51,213 nt of DNA from Calditrichia bacterium (GTDB lineage: Bacteria > Calditrichota > Calditrichia > Calditrichales > J004). The translations under genes and the position numbers were made by a program. Shown in pieces: positions 8,783-18,814 of the stretch. Below the pieces are notes generated by a model that worked only from the letters and a program-made list of their open reading frames with translations, was not told the DNA's origin and did not search any database. The stretch lies in NCBI GenBank assembly GCA_026991535.1, contig JALXBH010000189.1:1-51213 (forward strand). Direction: 5' to 3'. Within the stretch, counting starts at the first letter, position 1. Every line of letters starts with the position of its first letter.

Positions 8783-10335
8783 CAGGCATAATCCACGGAA
8801 CGGAATTCCCTTAGTACATGAACTTTTATGCTTTGATTGCTGTTTTCCACTTCCTGGCGGATACGCTGGGTAATGTCGTTGGCCAGCTTATTGCTCATAG
8901 CGTCATCAGCCTTTGTGTGGTCGATAATAATGCGGATTTCCTTACCGGCCTGAATGGCGTAGGCTGTTTTTACACCCTCGAAATTATCGGCGACATCTTC
9001 CAGGTGGCGCATGCGCTTAACATAATTTTCGATAACATCCCGTTGTGCGCCGGGCCTTTTGCGGCTAAGATCCGAGGCAATTCGAATGATGATGGCTATG
9101 GGAGAATTGGCTTCCGCGTGATCGCCGAAGGAGAGAACGGCGTTGGTCACCTTGGGATGTTCACCGTATTTTTTAAGAAATTCATGGCCAACCTTGGAGT
9201 AATCCGATTCGTTGGCTTTTTCGATAACCAGGCCTATTTTGTGCAGCATACCCGCCCTGCGGGCCAAGGAAGCATCCAGACCGAGTTGAGCAGCCAGAAT
9301 TCCCGACAGTTCGGCCACTTCCTTGCAATGTTCCAAAACATTCTGCCCGTAGGAGGTACGGTATTTTAGTTTACCAAGATATTTTAATATATCAGGGTGC
9401 AAACCGTGGATACCGATTTCATGGCAGGCCTGCTCGCCGATCTCCTGAAACGTTTCGTCGATATCCTGAACCACTTTGGCGTAGGTTTCTTCTATGCGTC
9501 CCGGATGAATGCGTCCGTCGCTGACCAGGCGTTCCATGGTTACCTTGGCCAGTTCCCGGCGATAAGGGTCGAAAGCACTTAGAAGGACGGCCTGGGGGGT
9601 ATCGTCCACAATCACATCCACCCCGGTTACAATTTCAAAGGCGCGGATATTGCGCCCTTCCTTACCGATAATGCGCCCCTTCATATCATCCGAAGGCAGT
9701 GAAACGGTCGATATGGTGGACTCAATGGTATGGCTGGAGACAATCTGCTCCATGGAAGTTAGTAAAATATTCTTGGCTTCGCTGTAGGCGTTTTCCTCTG
9801 CTTCCTTTTTAATTTTATAAACAATATGGGCCGCTTCATTCTTGGCTTCTTCGATAAGGTTATCCAGCAATTGGTTTTTGGCTTCATCCCGCGAAAGCCC
9901 GGAAATAGCCTCCAGTTTGTGGTTAGCCTGTTCAATGGCTTCTTCAAGATTCTTCTGACGGATATTCAGGGTATTTTCACGTGTGCGCAGTTCCTGTTCA
10001 AGCAGCAACAGGTCTTTTTCCTTTTTAGAAACCAGGTCCGCCTTGCGGTCGATATTGCTGTCCTTATTGGCCAGCTCGGTCTCAAATTTCAACAATTCAT
10101 TTTTTTTATCGCGGTATTCGTCTTCCAGCTCCTGCTTTTGTTGAAAGATTTCTTCGCTGGCTTCCAGCAGCTTTTCTTTTTTCAGCCCTTCAATTTCCGC
10201 CTGAGCCTCGGAAATAAGTGATTCCGCTTTCTTTTTTGCCGTTGCCAGGCTGCGTTTTCCCAGCGCCGCGTTGGCAAACCAGCCTATGGCAAAACCGAGG
10301 CCGGTTAATACAACAAATATAATAACTTGTAACAC
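8782..10335 (-). CDS. rny: Ribonuclease Y homolog (TM, coiled coil, KH, degenerate HD domain)
   Basis: KH motif LPSDDMKGRIIGKEGRNIR, DGRIHP, YRTSYGQNVL, YAIQAGKEIRI; GTG start with AAGGAG RBS. HD motif reads HK (see findings). Confidence 0.95.
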   Translation of the reverse strand: MLQVIIFVVLTGLGFAIGWFANAALGKRSLATAKKKAESLISEAQAEIEGLKKEKLLEASEEIFQQKQELEDEYRDKKNELLKFETELANKDSNIDRKADLVSKKEKDLLLLEQELRTRENTLNIRQKNLEEAIEQANHKLEAISGLSRDEAKNQLLDNLIEEAKNEAAHIVYKIKKEAEENAYSEAKNILLTSMEQIVSSHTIESTISTVSLPSDDMKGRIIGKEGRNIRAFEIVTGVDVIVDDTPQAVLLSAFDPYRRELAKVTMERLVSDGRIHPGRIEETYAKVVQDIDETFQEIGEQACHEIGIHGLHPDILKYLGKLKYRTSYGQNVLEHCKEVAELSGILAAQLGLDASLARRAGMLHKIGLVIEKANESDYSKVGHEFLKKYGEHPKVTNAVLSFGDHAEANSPIAIIIRIASDLSRKRPGAQRDVIENYVKRMRHLEDVADNFEGVKTAYAIQAGKEIRIIIDHTKADDAMSNKLANDITQRIRQEVENSNQSIKVHVLREFRSVDYA

Positions 10336-10360
10336 GGGGTCATCTCCTTAATAAACAAAA

Positions 10361-10520
10361 AACCCTGTCTCTACATCCTAAAAAGGGACCTGAAAGAAGT
10401 ACGGTGGGTACCTCCTGAACGTGTCATGCTTCCTCATTTAAGTGGCTTGCAATATCCGCTCAGAGCCAGTTCCCTGGTGTAATGGTGTTGGTCCATTTTG
10501 AAATGCAGAGTACAGGGCCA
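10361..10520 (-). ncRNA. ssrS: 6S RNA
   Basis: Lies between zapA and rny, a usual locus. Ends pair (CCCUGU-ACUCUGCAU / AUGUAGAG-ACAGGG), inner stem GGACC/GGUCC, central bulge with ACCCACC. Confidence 0.8.
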
Positions 10521-10538
10521 TTTGTTAAAGCTTTTTAT

Positions 10539-10826
10539 TTATTCGTCTAGCAGCTCCGATATTTTATAGTTCATCTTGCGTGCTTCTTCATTTATCTGCT
10601 CCAAAAGGCGATCGCGATATTGTCTTTCCTGTATAAGTTCCTCAGCGATATTTAATGCTGCCAATATGGCGATTTTCGTTATGGATGTAATATGTGTCGA
10701 ATGATCGATTTCACGCATCTTTTCATCGACGATAGCTGCAATTTGTCTTACAGAACTTTCGTCCTCATCACCGATTAGTGAATATTCAGAACCAAAAATA
10801 TTTACTTTTATTTTTCCGGGAGCCAT
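10539..10826 (-). CDS. zapA: Cell division protein ZapA
   Basis: VNIFGSEY, VDEKM, AILAALNIAEEL. Confidence 0.93.
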   Translation of the reverse strand: MAPGKIKVNIFGSEYSLIGDEDESSVRQIAAIVDEKMREIDHSTHITSITKIAILAALNIAEELIQERQYRDRLLEQINEEARKMNYKISELLDE

Positions 10827-11131
10827 TAGGCCTCTATCTTTTTACCAACACCATTTTTTTCGGCCAATGCCTGCCCTACCTGATCGATAAGCGCATTTAG
10901 CTTTACATTGGCCCGGTTATTTGTTTCTTTTAATTTCCTGTTTTCTTCAATGAGACGTTTTAACTGCTCTTCATATTGCGGACTTATGCCCCCTTCGGCC
11001 AGGTTTTCCAGTTCCTTTTTTAGCCGGGAGTTCTCTTGTAGCAGCCTGAAATTCTGCTGCCGGAGATACATGGTCCGCTCTTCCAGGCGGCCTACCAGTT
11101 TTTGCAATTTGTCAAACTGATCCAGTTTCAT
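10826..11131 (-). CDS. Coiled-coil protein, ZapB-like
   Basis: Short, entirely coiled coil, between pheT and zapA and translationally coupled to both. Confidence 0.75.
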   Translation of the reverse strand: MKLDQFDKLQKLVGRLEERTMYLRQQNFRLLQENSRLKKELENLAEGGISPQYEEQLKRLIEENRKLKETNNRANVKLNALIDQVGQALAEKNGVGKKIEA

Positions 11132-13512
11132 TATTGATCCCTTATGGGAATTCCGTGTATGCTTTCCGCTTTTTTTATTATTTTCCTGAATACATGCTCT
11201 ACTTCCGAATCCTTAAGTGTGCGTTCAAGGGACTGGAAACGGAGGCGGAAGGCAATGCTTTTCTTTCCCGCTGCAATTTTTTCACCTTCATAGATGTCAA
11301 ATATATGAAGGTCGCTTAACAGACGGCCGCCATACTTGCGAATCATGCCCATTACTTCTTCCGCAGCCATGGTTTTATCCACAACAAAGGCAACATCTTT
11401 TTCAATATAAGGAAATCTGGGAATTGTTTGATATTTTAATTCCCGTTTCATGTTTTTTTCTATCAGCTCAAAGTCGAGCTCGGCGCCAAAAACAGGCTGA
11501 TTTATACCAAAACGCTTTCGGGTTTCCTTGTTGATTTCCCCGCAGGTACCCGCTATTTTTCCGTTTATGCGGATTTCGGCGGCATGATGCTTGCGGTAGA
11601 AGCTTGAATCAGAATATAAAATAAACTCCACCTTGTCAAGATGAATCTCGTTAAAAAAATCTTCAAGTATTCCTTTAAGATCAAAAAAATCGACAGGCTC
11701 TTCCTTTTGCGCCCAATTGAAGGGGGCGCGCAGGCCGCATAAGGCCAGGGCCACGCGGGTAGGCTGTTCGGGGAGTTCCCCGTCGCTTTTATTAAAAATA
11801 CGACCTATTTCAAAAACAGGGATCATTTTCTGATGCCGGTTTAAATTGTAGCTTACTACCGGCAACAGGCCGGAGAAAAGAGATTGGCGCATATAAGCCA
11901 GATCATCGCTGATGGGATTAAGAATCCTTACCGCTTCTTTTTCCTCAAAGCGGATTATTTGCCTGGCGCTAATCATGGAATTTGTAAAAACTTCCTGCAG
12001 TCCCGTGCGTGTAAGGGCATCGCGCATGGCCTGATAGCTTAGCTCGCGATTACGTATAGGCTGTTCCAGCGAGAGAGGCTCAATGACGCTGGTGGGCAGG
12101 TTGTCATAGTTTTTTAACCGCGCCACTTCCTCGATAAGGTCAATATCCTGCTTAATATCATGGCGGTAGCTGGGAACGGTCACCTCTCCTTTGATATAGT
12201 GCAAATGAACCCGGGAAAGTAACTCCGTAATCTCTTTGTCGGACAGCCCGGAGCCAAGGATTTTGTTTACCCGGGATAAATCCAGCTTAACACGGGTTTC
12301 TTTAATGGGTTCGGGATAGATATCGATAAACCCTTGCAATACCTGTCCTTTTCCCAATTCCGCGATAAGAGCTGCGGCCCGGTCCAGGGCAAAAAGCACG
12401 CCCGCGTAATCGGTGCCTTTTTCAAAACGTTGCGAGGCGTCGGTCATAAGGCCGAGTTGACGGGAACTGGTGATGATATGCCTGGGATCAAAATAGGCGC
12501 TTTCGAGCAAAACGGTTTTTGTGTCCGCCGAAACTTCCGAGTTTTGTCCTCCCATAATACCGCCTATGGCCACCGGCTTTTGGGCATCGCAAATCATGAC
12601 TGTATTTTCCGGTAGTTTGCGCTCCTTGTCGTCCAGGGTAACAAAAGTGTCTCCGCTTTTGCTGCCCTTCACTACTATTTCCGCGCCCTCGATGGTATCA
12701 TAATCAAAGGCATGTAGAGGTTGTCCCAATTCATATAAAACGTAATTGGTAATATCCACAATATTGTTAATGGAGCGCAACCCTACCGCTTCCAGCCTTT
12801 CAACCAGCCAATCCGGCGAGGGGCCGACGGTTACATTCTCTATAACCCTGGCCGCGTAACGGGGGCAGCCTTCCTTATATTCAATTTTTACGGATAAAGC
12901 CTGTTCAATGCCGCGGCTGCTCTTTTCAATCAGGGAAAATTGAGGAAGACGCACCTCTTTGCCGACAAAAGCGGCGATCTCGCGGGCAATACCGATATGG
13001 CTGAAGCAATCCGCGCGGTTGGCTGTAATAAACAGATCAAAGATAACATCACTTTTTTTCCTGAGAACCTCGTTAAAATCGGTGCCTGCCTCGGGGGCGT
13101 CTTCCAGGGCCCAGATGCCCTCGGAGTGTTCTTCCAGGGCCAGCTCCTCCCTGGAGCATATCATGCCCATGGATTCCACACCGCGAATTTTTGCCTTTTT
13201 TATTTTAAGGCCCACGGGAAGTTTGGCGCCAACCATGGCAAAAGGAATGCTCTGCCCGGCGGCCACATTGGGCGCGCCGCAAATAACCTGATAGGTATCC
13301 TTGCCGTCAGAGACTTGGCAAACGCTTAGCTTGTCGGCATCCGGATGCTTTTCGCAGGAAAGAATTTTACCCACAACCACATTGTTCACAGCCTGAACCG
13401 TGGTGATGATTTCTTCCACTTCCAAGCCCGCGTTGGTGATTTGTTCGGCTAAATCCTCGGGAGAAAGGTCTATGTCTAAATACTCTTTTAACCAGTTGTA
13501 TGAAATTTTCAT
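11131..13512 (-). CDS. pheT: Phenylalanine--tRNA ligase beta subunit
   Basis: MKISYNWLKEY, HPDADKL, NRADC, RSINNIVDITNY, DLIEEVAR, C-terminal FDX-ACB domain. Confidence 0.98.
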   Translation of the reverse strand: MKISYNWLKEYLDIDLSPEDLAEQITNAGLEVEEIITTVQAVNNVVVGKILSCEKHPDADKLSVCQVSDGKDTYQVICGAPNVAAGQSIPFAMVGAKLPVGLKIKKAKIRGVESMGMICSREELALEEHSEGIWALEDAPEAGTDFNEVLRKKSDVIFDLFITANRADCFSHIGIAREIAAFVGKEVRLPQFSLIEKSSRGIEQALSVKIEYKEGCPRYAARVIENVTVGPSPDWLVERLEAVGLRSINNIVDITNYVLYELGQPLHAFDYDTIEGAEIVVKGSKSGDTFVTLDDKERKLPENTVMICDAQKPVAIGGIMGGQNSEVSADTKTVLLESAYFDPRHIITSSRQLGLMTDASQRFEKGTDYAGVLFALDRAAALIAELGKGQVLQGFIDIYPEPIKETRVKLDLSRVNKILGSGLSDKEITELLSRVHLHYIKGEVTVPSYRHDIKQDIDLIEEVARLKNYDNLPTSVIEPLSLEQPIRNRELSYQAMRDALTRTGLQEVFTNSMISARQIIRFEEKEAVRILNPISDDLAYMRQSLFSGLLPVVSYNLNRHQKMIPVFEIGRIFNKSDGELPEQPTRVALALCGLRAPFNWAQKEEPVDFFDLKGILEDFFNEIHLDKVEFILYSDSSFYRKHHAAEIRINGKIAGTCGEINKETRKRFGINQPVFGAELDFELIEKNMKRELKYQTIPRFPYIEKDVAFVVDKTMAAEEVMGMIRKYGGRLLSDLHIFDIYEGEKIAAGKKSIAFRLRFQSLERTLKDSEVEHVFRKIIKKAESIHGIPIRDQ

Positions 13513-13522
13513 TATGAGTCCA

Positions 13523-14491
13523 TTAAAATTGTCTTAGGAAACGCATATCGTTGTCAAAAAAGAGACGTATGTCGCGAATATCATATTTTAACATGGCTAC
13601 GCGATCGATACCCATGCCAAAGGCGTATCCCGAATATTTTTCCGGATCGATACCCACGGCCCGGAAAACATTGGGATGCACCATACCGGCGCCGGAAATC
13701 TCCATCCATCTGCCGTTAAACCAGACGTCATATTCGGCGCTGGGCTCGGTAAAGGGGAAAAAGCTGGGTCTGAAGCGCACCCGGGCGTCTTTGCCGAACA
13801 TGCGATGGGCAAAAGCCTGTATCACGCCCTTAAGGTCGGCAAAGGTCACGGACTCCCCCACCACCAGGCCTTCCACCTGATGAAAGAAGGGTGAGTGCGT
13901 GGCGTCGGGCGTGTCCCGACGATAGACTCTTCCCGGGGCAATCATGCGTATGGGCGGCTTACGTTCTTCCATCACCCGTATCTGAACGGGCGAGGTATGC
14001 GTGCGCAACACGACATCCTCGGTGATGTAAAGCGTATCCTGCATGGCCCGGGCCGGATGGGACTTGGGAATATTCAGGGCTTCGAAATTGTAGTGATCGG
14101 TCTCAATTTCCGGTCCATCTTCTATGGTAAAGCCAAAGGAGTGAAATATATCTTTGATTTCATCGGCGATTTTCAGCAGGGGATGTCTACGTCCGGGAAA
14201 TGTTTTACGTCCGGGAAGGGTAACGTCCAGCATATCGTCATTTTCGGCGGAATCTTCCAGACGCTTTTTTAGCTCCTCGTAGTGCGCTTCCAGCTCTTTT
14301 TTAAGCTGATTCAGTCCGGAACCAAAACGGGGACGGATTTCCGGGGCGATGTCCTTGATCATGGAAAAGGCTTCGGTCACCTTACCTTTTCGCCCTAAAA
14401 AGCGGACACGTAGATTTTCCAGTTGCTCCGGCATGGAAACCTGAGAAGCATGTTCGAAGAATTCTTTTTTTATTTGATCGATTCGTTCCAC
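13523..14491 (-). CDS. pheS: Phenylalanine--tRNA ligase alpha subunit
   Basis: HPARAMQDT, LRTHTSPVQ, FRPSFFPFTEPS, AFGMGIDR; probable GTG start at 14491 with GAGG upstream. Confidence 0.97.
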   Translation of the reverse strand: MERIDQIKKEFFEHASQVSMPEQLENLRVRFLGRKGKVTEAFSMIKDIAPEIRPRFGSGLNQLKKELEAHYEELKKRLEDSAENDDMLDVTLPGRKTFPGRRHPLLKIADEIKDIFHSFGFTIEDGPEIETDHYNFEALNIPKSHPARAMQDTLYITEDVVLRTHTSPVQIRVMEERKPPIRMIAPGRVYRRDTPDATHSPFFHQVEGLVVGESVTFADLKGVIQAFAHRMFGKDARVRFRPSFFPFTEPSAEYDVWFNGRWMEISGAGMVHPNVFRAVGIDPEKYSGYAFGMGIDRVAMLKYDIRDIRLFFDNDMRFLRQF

Positions 14492-14507
14492 AACGGGCCT
14501 CGCAATT

Positions 14508-14540
14508 AAAAAAAAAGGAAGCGTAAAACACACTTCCTTT
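14508..14540 (-). terminator. Intrinsic terminator after rplT
   Basis: GGAAGTGTG-TTT-TACGCTTCC followed by a long T run on the minus strand. Confidence 0.75.
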
Positions 14541-14558
14541 GTAAATGGGCTTGGGGTT

Positions 14559-14906
14559 TTAAGCGGATATTTGTTTTACAAGCGCTTCAAAATCCTGTGG
14601 GTTATTAACGGCCATGTCGGCCAACACCTTGCGATTCAGATCAATATCCGCCTTGTTGAGCAGATTGATGAACCTGGAATAGCTCAGTCCGTGCAGACGG
14701 CAGGCGGCGTTGATACGCACGATCCACAGGCTGCGGAAGTTGCGCTTTTTAGCCCGGCGGTCACGGTAGGCATACAGCCAACCTTTTTCCACCTGATCCT
14801 TGGCATTGTTGTACAGGTTGCCGCGACCCAGGCGATACCCCTTGGCGGCTTTCATTACTTTTTTACGTCGCTGACGGGCGGCGACATTATTTGTTGCTCT
14901 GGGCAT
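14559..14906 (-). CDS. rplT: 50S ribosomal protein L20
   Basis: MPRA...AKGY...[28 protein letters not shown]. Confidence 0.99.
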   Translation of the reverse strand: MPRATNNVAARQRRKKVMKAAKGYRLGRGNLYNNAKDQVEKGWLYAYRDRRAKKRNFRSLWIVRINAACRLHGLSYSRFINLLNKADIDLNRKVLADMAVNNPQDFEALVKQISA

Positions 14907-14916
14907 TTTTATACTC

Positions 14917-15111
14917 CTACTTTAAAATCATTCTTTTTACGCGTGGTGTGTCGGCGGCGGAAACGATACTCTCCTTGCGTAAATTACGCTTACGCTTGGT
15001 CGACTTTTTGGTCAGAATATGGCTGTGGAAATTGGAATGGCGTTTCACCTTTCCACTGGCCGTCACGCGGAAACGCTTGGCAGCGCCACGATTGGATTTC
15101 ATCTTAGGCAT
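14917..15111 (-). CDS. rpmI: 50S ribosomal protein L35
   Basis: [20 protein letters not shown]. Confidence 0.99.
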   Translation of the reverse strand: MPKMKSNRGAAKRFRVTASGKVKRHSNFHSHILTKKSTKRKRNLRKESIVSAADTPRVKRMILK

Positions 15112-15130
15112 AGTGCTTTCCTTTCTGTTT

Positions 15131-15640
15131 CTATTTTTGCGTCATAATTACAGACATGTTCCTGCCTTCGGATTTGATTTCGCCCTCGGGCTTAGCGACA
15201 TCTTCCAAAGACTCCAGAACGCGTTCCAGCAAGGCGCGGCCAAACTGTTTATAGGCCATCTCCCGCCCGCGGAACTGTACTGTAAATTTAACTTTGTTTT
15301 TCTGCTCCAAAAAATTCCGCGCATGTTTTAGCTTGTAGGCCAAATCATGCTCATCCGTTTTGGGGCGCATTCTTATCTCTTTTACAACAACGGTATGTTG
15401 TTTCTTTTTACTTATTTTTTCCTTTTTACTTTGTTCATATAAATACTTTCCAAAATCAAGTATTTTACAAACAGGAGGTTTCGCAGTCGGGGCAATTTCC
15501 ACCAGATCAAGACCCGCTTCCTGTGATCGACTTAGTGCTTCTTCAATAGTTACTATTCCGGCTTGTTGACCATTTTCGTCTATCAGACGAACTTCAGGTG
15601 CGCTTATGTTCTCATTAATGCGCGTTTTCTGGTTTGCGAT
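15131..15640 (-). CDS. infC: Translation initiation factor IF-3, non-AUG (ATC) start
   Basis: The frame extends upstream of the track ORF as [29 protein letters not shown] is 6 nt before ATC and an in-frame TAA lies two codons upstream. Confidence 0.95.
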   Translation of the reverse strand: MANQKTRINENISAPEVRLIDENGQQAGIVTIEEALSRSQEAGLDLVEIAPTAKPPVCKILDFGKYLYEQSKKEKISKKKQHTVVVKEIRMRPKTDEHDLAYKLKHARNFLEQKNKVKFTVQFRGREMAYKQFGRALLERVLESLEDVAKPEGEIKSEGRNMSVIMTQK

Positions 15641-15650
15641 ATCTTACTCC

Positions 15651-17573
15651 TTAGTTATTGGAACTACTGTTAATTTCATTTTCAAGGCGCGTGCAAAGAT
15701 CGGCAACGGACATGCGGCCCAAATCACCCTCTCCCTTATGCCGTACGGAAATCTTATCTTCTTCCACCTCTTTGTCGCCTAAAATTATCATATACGGAAC
15801 CTTCTGAACTTCCGCCTCGCGAATCTTATACCCTATTTTCTCATTGCGGTAATCCGCGTGTACGCGGAAACGGTTACGCGTCATTTCCGCCGCTATTTTT
15901 TTTGCATACTCGATGTGCCGGTCGGCAATGGTTATAATTTCTACCTGTACCGGTGCCAGCCACAAAGGGAAATTTCCGGCATAGTGTTCAATCAGTATGC
16001 CAAAAAAGCGTTCTATGGAACCCAGCAAAGCGCGGTGAATGGTAATGGGCCGGTAATTTTGACCGTCCTTGTCCACAAAGTTGAGATCGAAACGTTCGGG
16101 CAGGTTAAAATCCACCTGAATGGTGGAACATTGCCAGGAACGTCCAAGCACATCTTTTATCTTGATATCTATCTTCGGTCCGTAAAATACGCCCTCGCCC
16201 GGATCAATCGTATACTCCAGACCGTTATTTTCCAGGGCTTCGCGCAGAGCCTCCGTAGCCTGATCCCAATTCTCCTCGCTGCCCACAAATTTTTCGGGAC
16301 GCGTGGATAGATAGATGTCGTATTCCGTAAAGCCGAATTTAGCCAACATCCGGGTGTTAAAGTCAAGTACACGGCTGATCTCTCCCGCCAGCTCATCGGG
16401 ATGGCAATATATATGAGCGTCATCCTGGGTAAAGCCCCTTACGCGCATCAGACCATGCAGAACACCGGAGCGCTCATAACGATACACCGTTCCCAATTCG
16501 GCGAAACGTATGGGCAAATCTTTATAGCTACGGATTTTTGAATTGAAAATCTGCATATGGAAGGGGCAGTTCATCGGCTTAAGCTGATAGCTGACCTCAT
16601 CCACTTCCATGGGTTTAAACATGTTTTCACTGTAAAAACCGCTGTGTCCGCTTGTTTCCCATAAATGGTGCTTAGCCACGTGCGGTGTGTAAACCAGATC
16701 ATAACCGTTAAGGATGTGCTGCTCGCGCCAGTAGTTCTCGATGATGTTGCGGATCATGGCACCCCTGGGGTGCCACAGTATCAAGCCACTGCCCACGCTT
16801 TCGTTAATGGAAAAAAGTTCCAGCTCCCGGCCCAGCTTGCGGTGATCACGCTTTTTCGCTTCTTCCAGACGCCGGATATGCGCCTTGAGCGATTTGGGAT
16901 CGGGATAGTTGGTACCATAAATACGCTGTAACATCTTGTTATGTTCATCGCCTTTCCAATAGGCGCCGGCCAGGGATAACAGTTTAAAGTTCTTACCCAG
17001 CACGCCGGTGGATGGCACATGCGGCCCGCGGCACAGATCGGTAAACTCACCCTGGGAATATGCGGTGATGACGCCGTCCAACTCGCGGATCAGTTCCAGC
17101 TTTAAATGTTCATGTTTTTTTTCAAAAAACTCCAACGCTTCTTCCCTGCTGAGAACGGCACGGGTAATTTTATGGTTTTCATCCACAATTTTAGCCATTT
17201 CGGCTTCAATCTTTTCCAGGTCTTCGGGCGTCAGCTTGGTATCCAGATCAATGTCGTAATAAAAACCGTCGCTTATTGGCGGTCCGATACCCAATTCTGC
17301 CTCGGGATATAAACGTTTTATAGCCTGGGCCATCAGGTGAGCCGAGGAGTGCCAAAAAACTTCACGCCCTTCGTCATCCTTAAAGGTCAAAATACTGATC
17401 GTTCCCGGCTCTTCCAGCGGTGTATTAAGCGCTATAACCCGGTCATTCCACTTTGCGGCTACAGCCTTTTTCTTTAGGGAATTACTGATGGTGGCGGCCA
17501 CGTCAAGCGGGGTAATGCCGGCTTCAAAATCTTTTTGCGTACCGTCGGGAAATGTTACTGTTATGTTTTCCAA
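15651..17573 (-). CDS. thrS: Threonine--tRNA ligase
   Basis: TGS domain, HSSAHL, DLCRGPH, RDHRKLG, KPMNCP, RVRGFTQDDAH, FYGPKID; TTG start. Confidence 0.99.
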   Translation of the reverse strand: MENITVTFPDGTQKDFEAGITPLDVAATISNSLKKKAVAAKWNDRVIALNTPLEEPGTISILTFKDDEGREVFWHSSAHLMAQAIKRLYPEAELGIGPPISDGFYYDIDLDTKLTPEDLEKIEAEMAKIVDENHKITRAVLSREEALEFFEKKHEHLKLELIRELDGVITAYSQGEFTDLCRGPHVPSTGVLGKNFKLLSLAGAYWKGDEHNKMLQRIYGTNYPDPKSLKAHIRRLEEAKKRDHRKLGRELELFSINESVGSGLILWHPRGAMIRNIIENYWREQHILNGYDLVYTPHVAKHHLWETSGHSGFYSENMFKPMEVDEVSYQLKPMNCPFHMQIFNSKIRSYKDLPIRFAELGTVYRYERSGVLHGLMRVRGFTQDDAHIYCHPDELAGEISRVLDFNTRMLAKFGFTEYDIYLSTRPEKFVGSEENWDQATEALREALENNGLEYTIDPGEGVFYGPKIDIKIKDVLGRSWQCSTIQVDFNLPERFDLNFVDKDGQNYRPITIHRALLGSIERFFGILIEHYAGNFPLWLAPVQVEIITIADRHIEYAKKIAAEMTRNRFRVHADYRNEKIGYKIREAEVQKVPYMIILGDKEVEEDKISVRHKGEGDLGRMSVADLCTRLENEINSSSNN

Positions 17574-17619
17574 AAAAGTGTCCTGCTGTCTGTATCTGTA
17601 TCATTAATACGATTCCTTG

Positions 17620-17693
17620 TGGGACGAGAGAGATTCGAACTCACGACCTCTACGATGTCAACGTAGCGCTCTAACCAACTGAGCTATCGCCCC
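17620..17693 (-). tRNA. tRNA-Val (anticodon GAC)
   Basis: Reverse complement GGGGCGATAGCTCAGTTGGTTAGAGCG-CTACG TTGACAT CGTAG-AGGTCGTGAGTTCGAATCTCTCTCGTCCCA. Confidence 0.97.
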
Positions 17694-17781
17694 AAAAAAT
17701 CAAGCGTGCAATTTAAACCATAAAGCTTGTAAAATCAATCTTTTTAATCTGTTATGCTTTTTTGTTTTTTGCGGATTGATC

Positions 17782-17815
17782 AAAAAAAAACCCCAAGTTT
17801 AAACCCGGGGTTTTT
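17782..17815. terminator. Probable bidirectional intrinsic terminator after tRNA-Tyr
   Basis: A9-CCCC...GGGG-T5 hairpin with tails on both sides. Confidence 0.7.
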
Positions 17816-17816
17816 G

Positions 17817-17900
17817 TGGGGAGAGGAGGATTCGAACCTCCGAAGGCACTTGGCCGACAGATTTACAGTCTGTTGCGTTTGACCGCTTCGCTATCTCCCC
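17817..17900 (-). tRNA. tRNA-Tyr (anticodon GTA), long variable arm
   Basis: Reverse complement GGGGAGATAGCGAAGCGGTCAAACGCA-ACAGA CTGTAAA TCTGT-CGGCCAAGTGCCTTCGGAGGTTCGAATCCTCCTCTCCCCA. Confidence 0.97.
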
Positions 17901-17988
17901 AAACGAGTTTCTAATATAAAAAGACTTTAATTTATGAGTCAACTCAATTTTTGCTTTTTTTATGACTTTTTTACACCGGGTTGTAATC

Positions 17989-18813
17989 TCAAGCAGAGCT
18001 AAAGATATCGTACACTTTTTGAGGAAAATAATGCCCTGTCCATAGATAAAATGCCTGGCTGCCCTGTTCGATAAGCATAGGCAGGCCGTTTAGGGTTTGT
18101 AGCCCCAACCGGCGGGCTTCCCTTAGCAATAGGGTCTCTGCGGGATTGTAGATCAGATCGTAAACCACCGTTCCGCCGTGGATAAGGGATGGCAGGTCGG
18201 TCAATGGTGTTTTCCCGGAAAGTGAGCCCATGCCCACACTGCTGGTATTTACAATCAGGTCGTAGGGTTCACCGGTGTGGATTCCGCCGCTCAAACAACG
18301 TATTTGCAATGATGGCATCTGTATTTCAAGGTCTGCTTTAAGCTCCTTCGCCCGGGAAAGGGTACGGTTGAGAATAGCCATTTTTTTTATAGCGGGCTGA
18401 TCCGCAAGAGCGAAGGCCACAGCACGGGCCGCGCCTCCCGCGCCAAGAATAAGGCAACTTTTTAACTCCGGGATATTGCTTTTAAGGGGATGAAGAAAGC
18501 CATGGATATCCGTATTGTATCCGGTCCACTTCCCTTCCCTGTCGCAAACAACGGTATTTACCGCGCCGATCGCCGCCGCCGCAGGGTTCACCTTATCCAA
18601 ATGGTTTAAAATGCTTTGTTTATAGGGCACGGTGATATTGAATCCGCTAATATTTTCCTTTTTCAACGTCTCCATGGCCTGGTCAAACTCTCCGGGATCA
18701 ATGGCCATCGCTTCGTAGCGGCCGGAAATATTATAATGTTCCAGGGCCAGGTTATGCATCTTTGGTGAAAAGGTATGACCAAGGGGATAGCCGATTATCA
18801 GGAAACGCTTCAT
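17989..18813 (-). CDS. aroE: Shikimate dehydrogenase
   Basis: SPKMHN, GFNITVPYK, GAVNT, NTD, GAGGAA, NRT, DLIYNP. Confidence 0.97.
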   Translation of the reverse strand: MKRFLIIGYPLGHTFSPKMHNLALEHYNISGRYEAMAIDPGEFDQAMETLKKENISGFNITVPYKQSILNHLDKVNPAAAAIGAVNTVVCDREGKWTGYNTDIHGFLHPLKSNIPELKSCLILGAGGAARAVAFALADQPAIKKMAILNRTLSRAKELKADLEIQMPSLQIRCLSGGIHTGEPYDLIVNTSSVGMGSLSGKTPLTDLPSLIHGGTVVYDLIYNPAETLLLREARRLGLQTLNGLPMLIEQGSQAFYLWTGHYFPQKVYDIFSSA

Positions 18814-18814
18814 G

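Noticed and set aside
17574-17619. T-box leader for thrS
   Set aside because: Only 46 nt separate tRNA-Val from the thrS start, and no T-box consensus is present.
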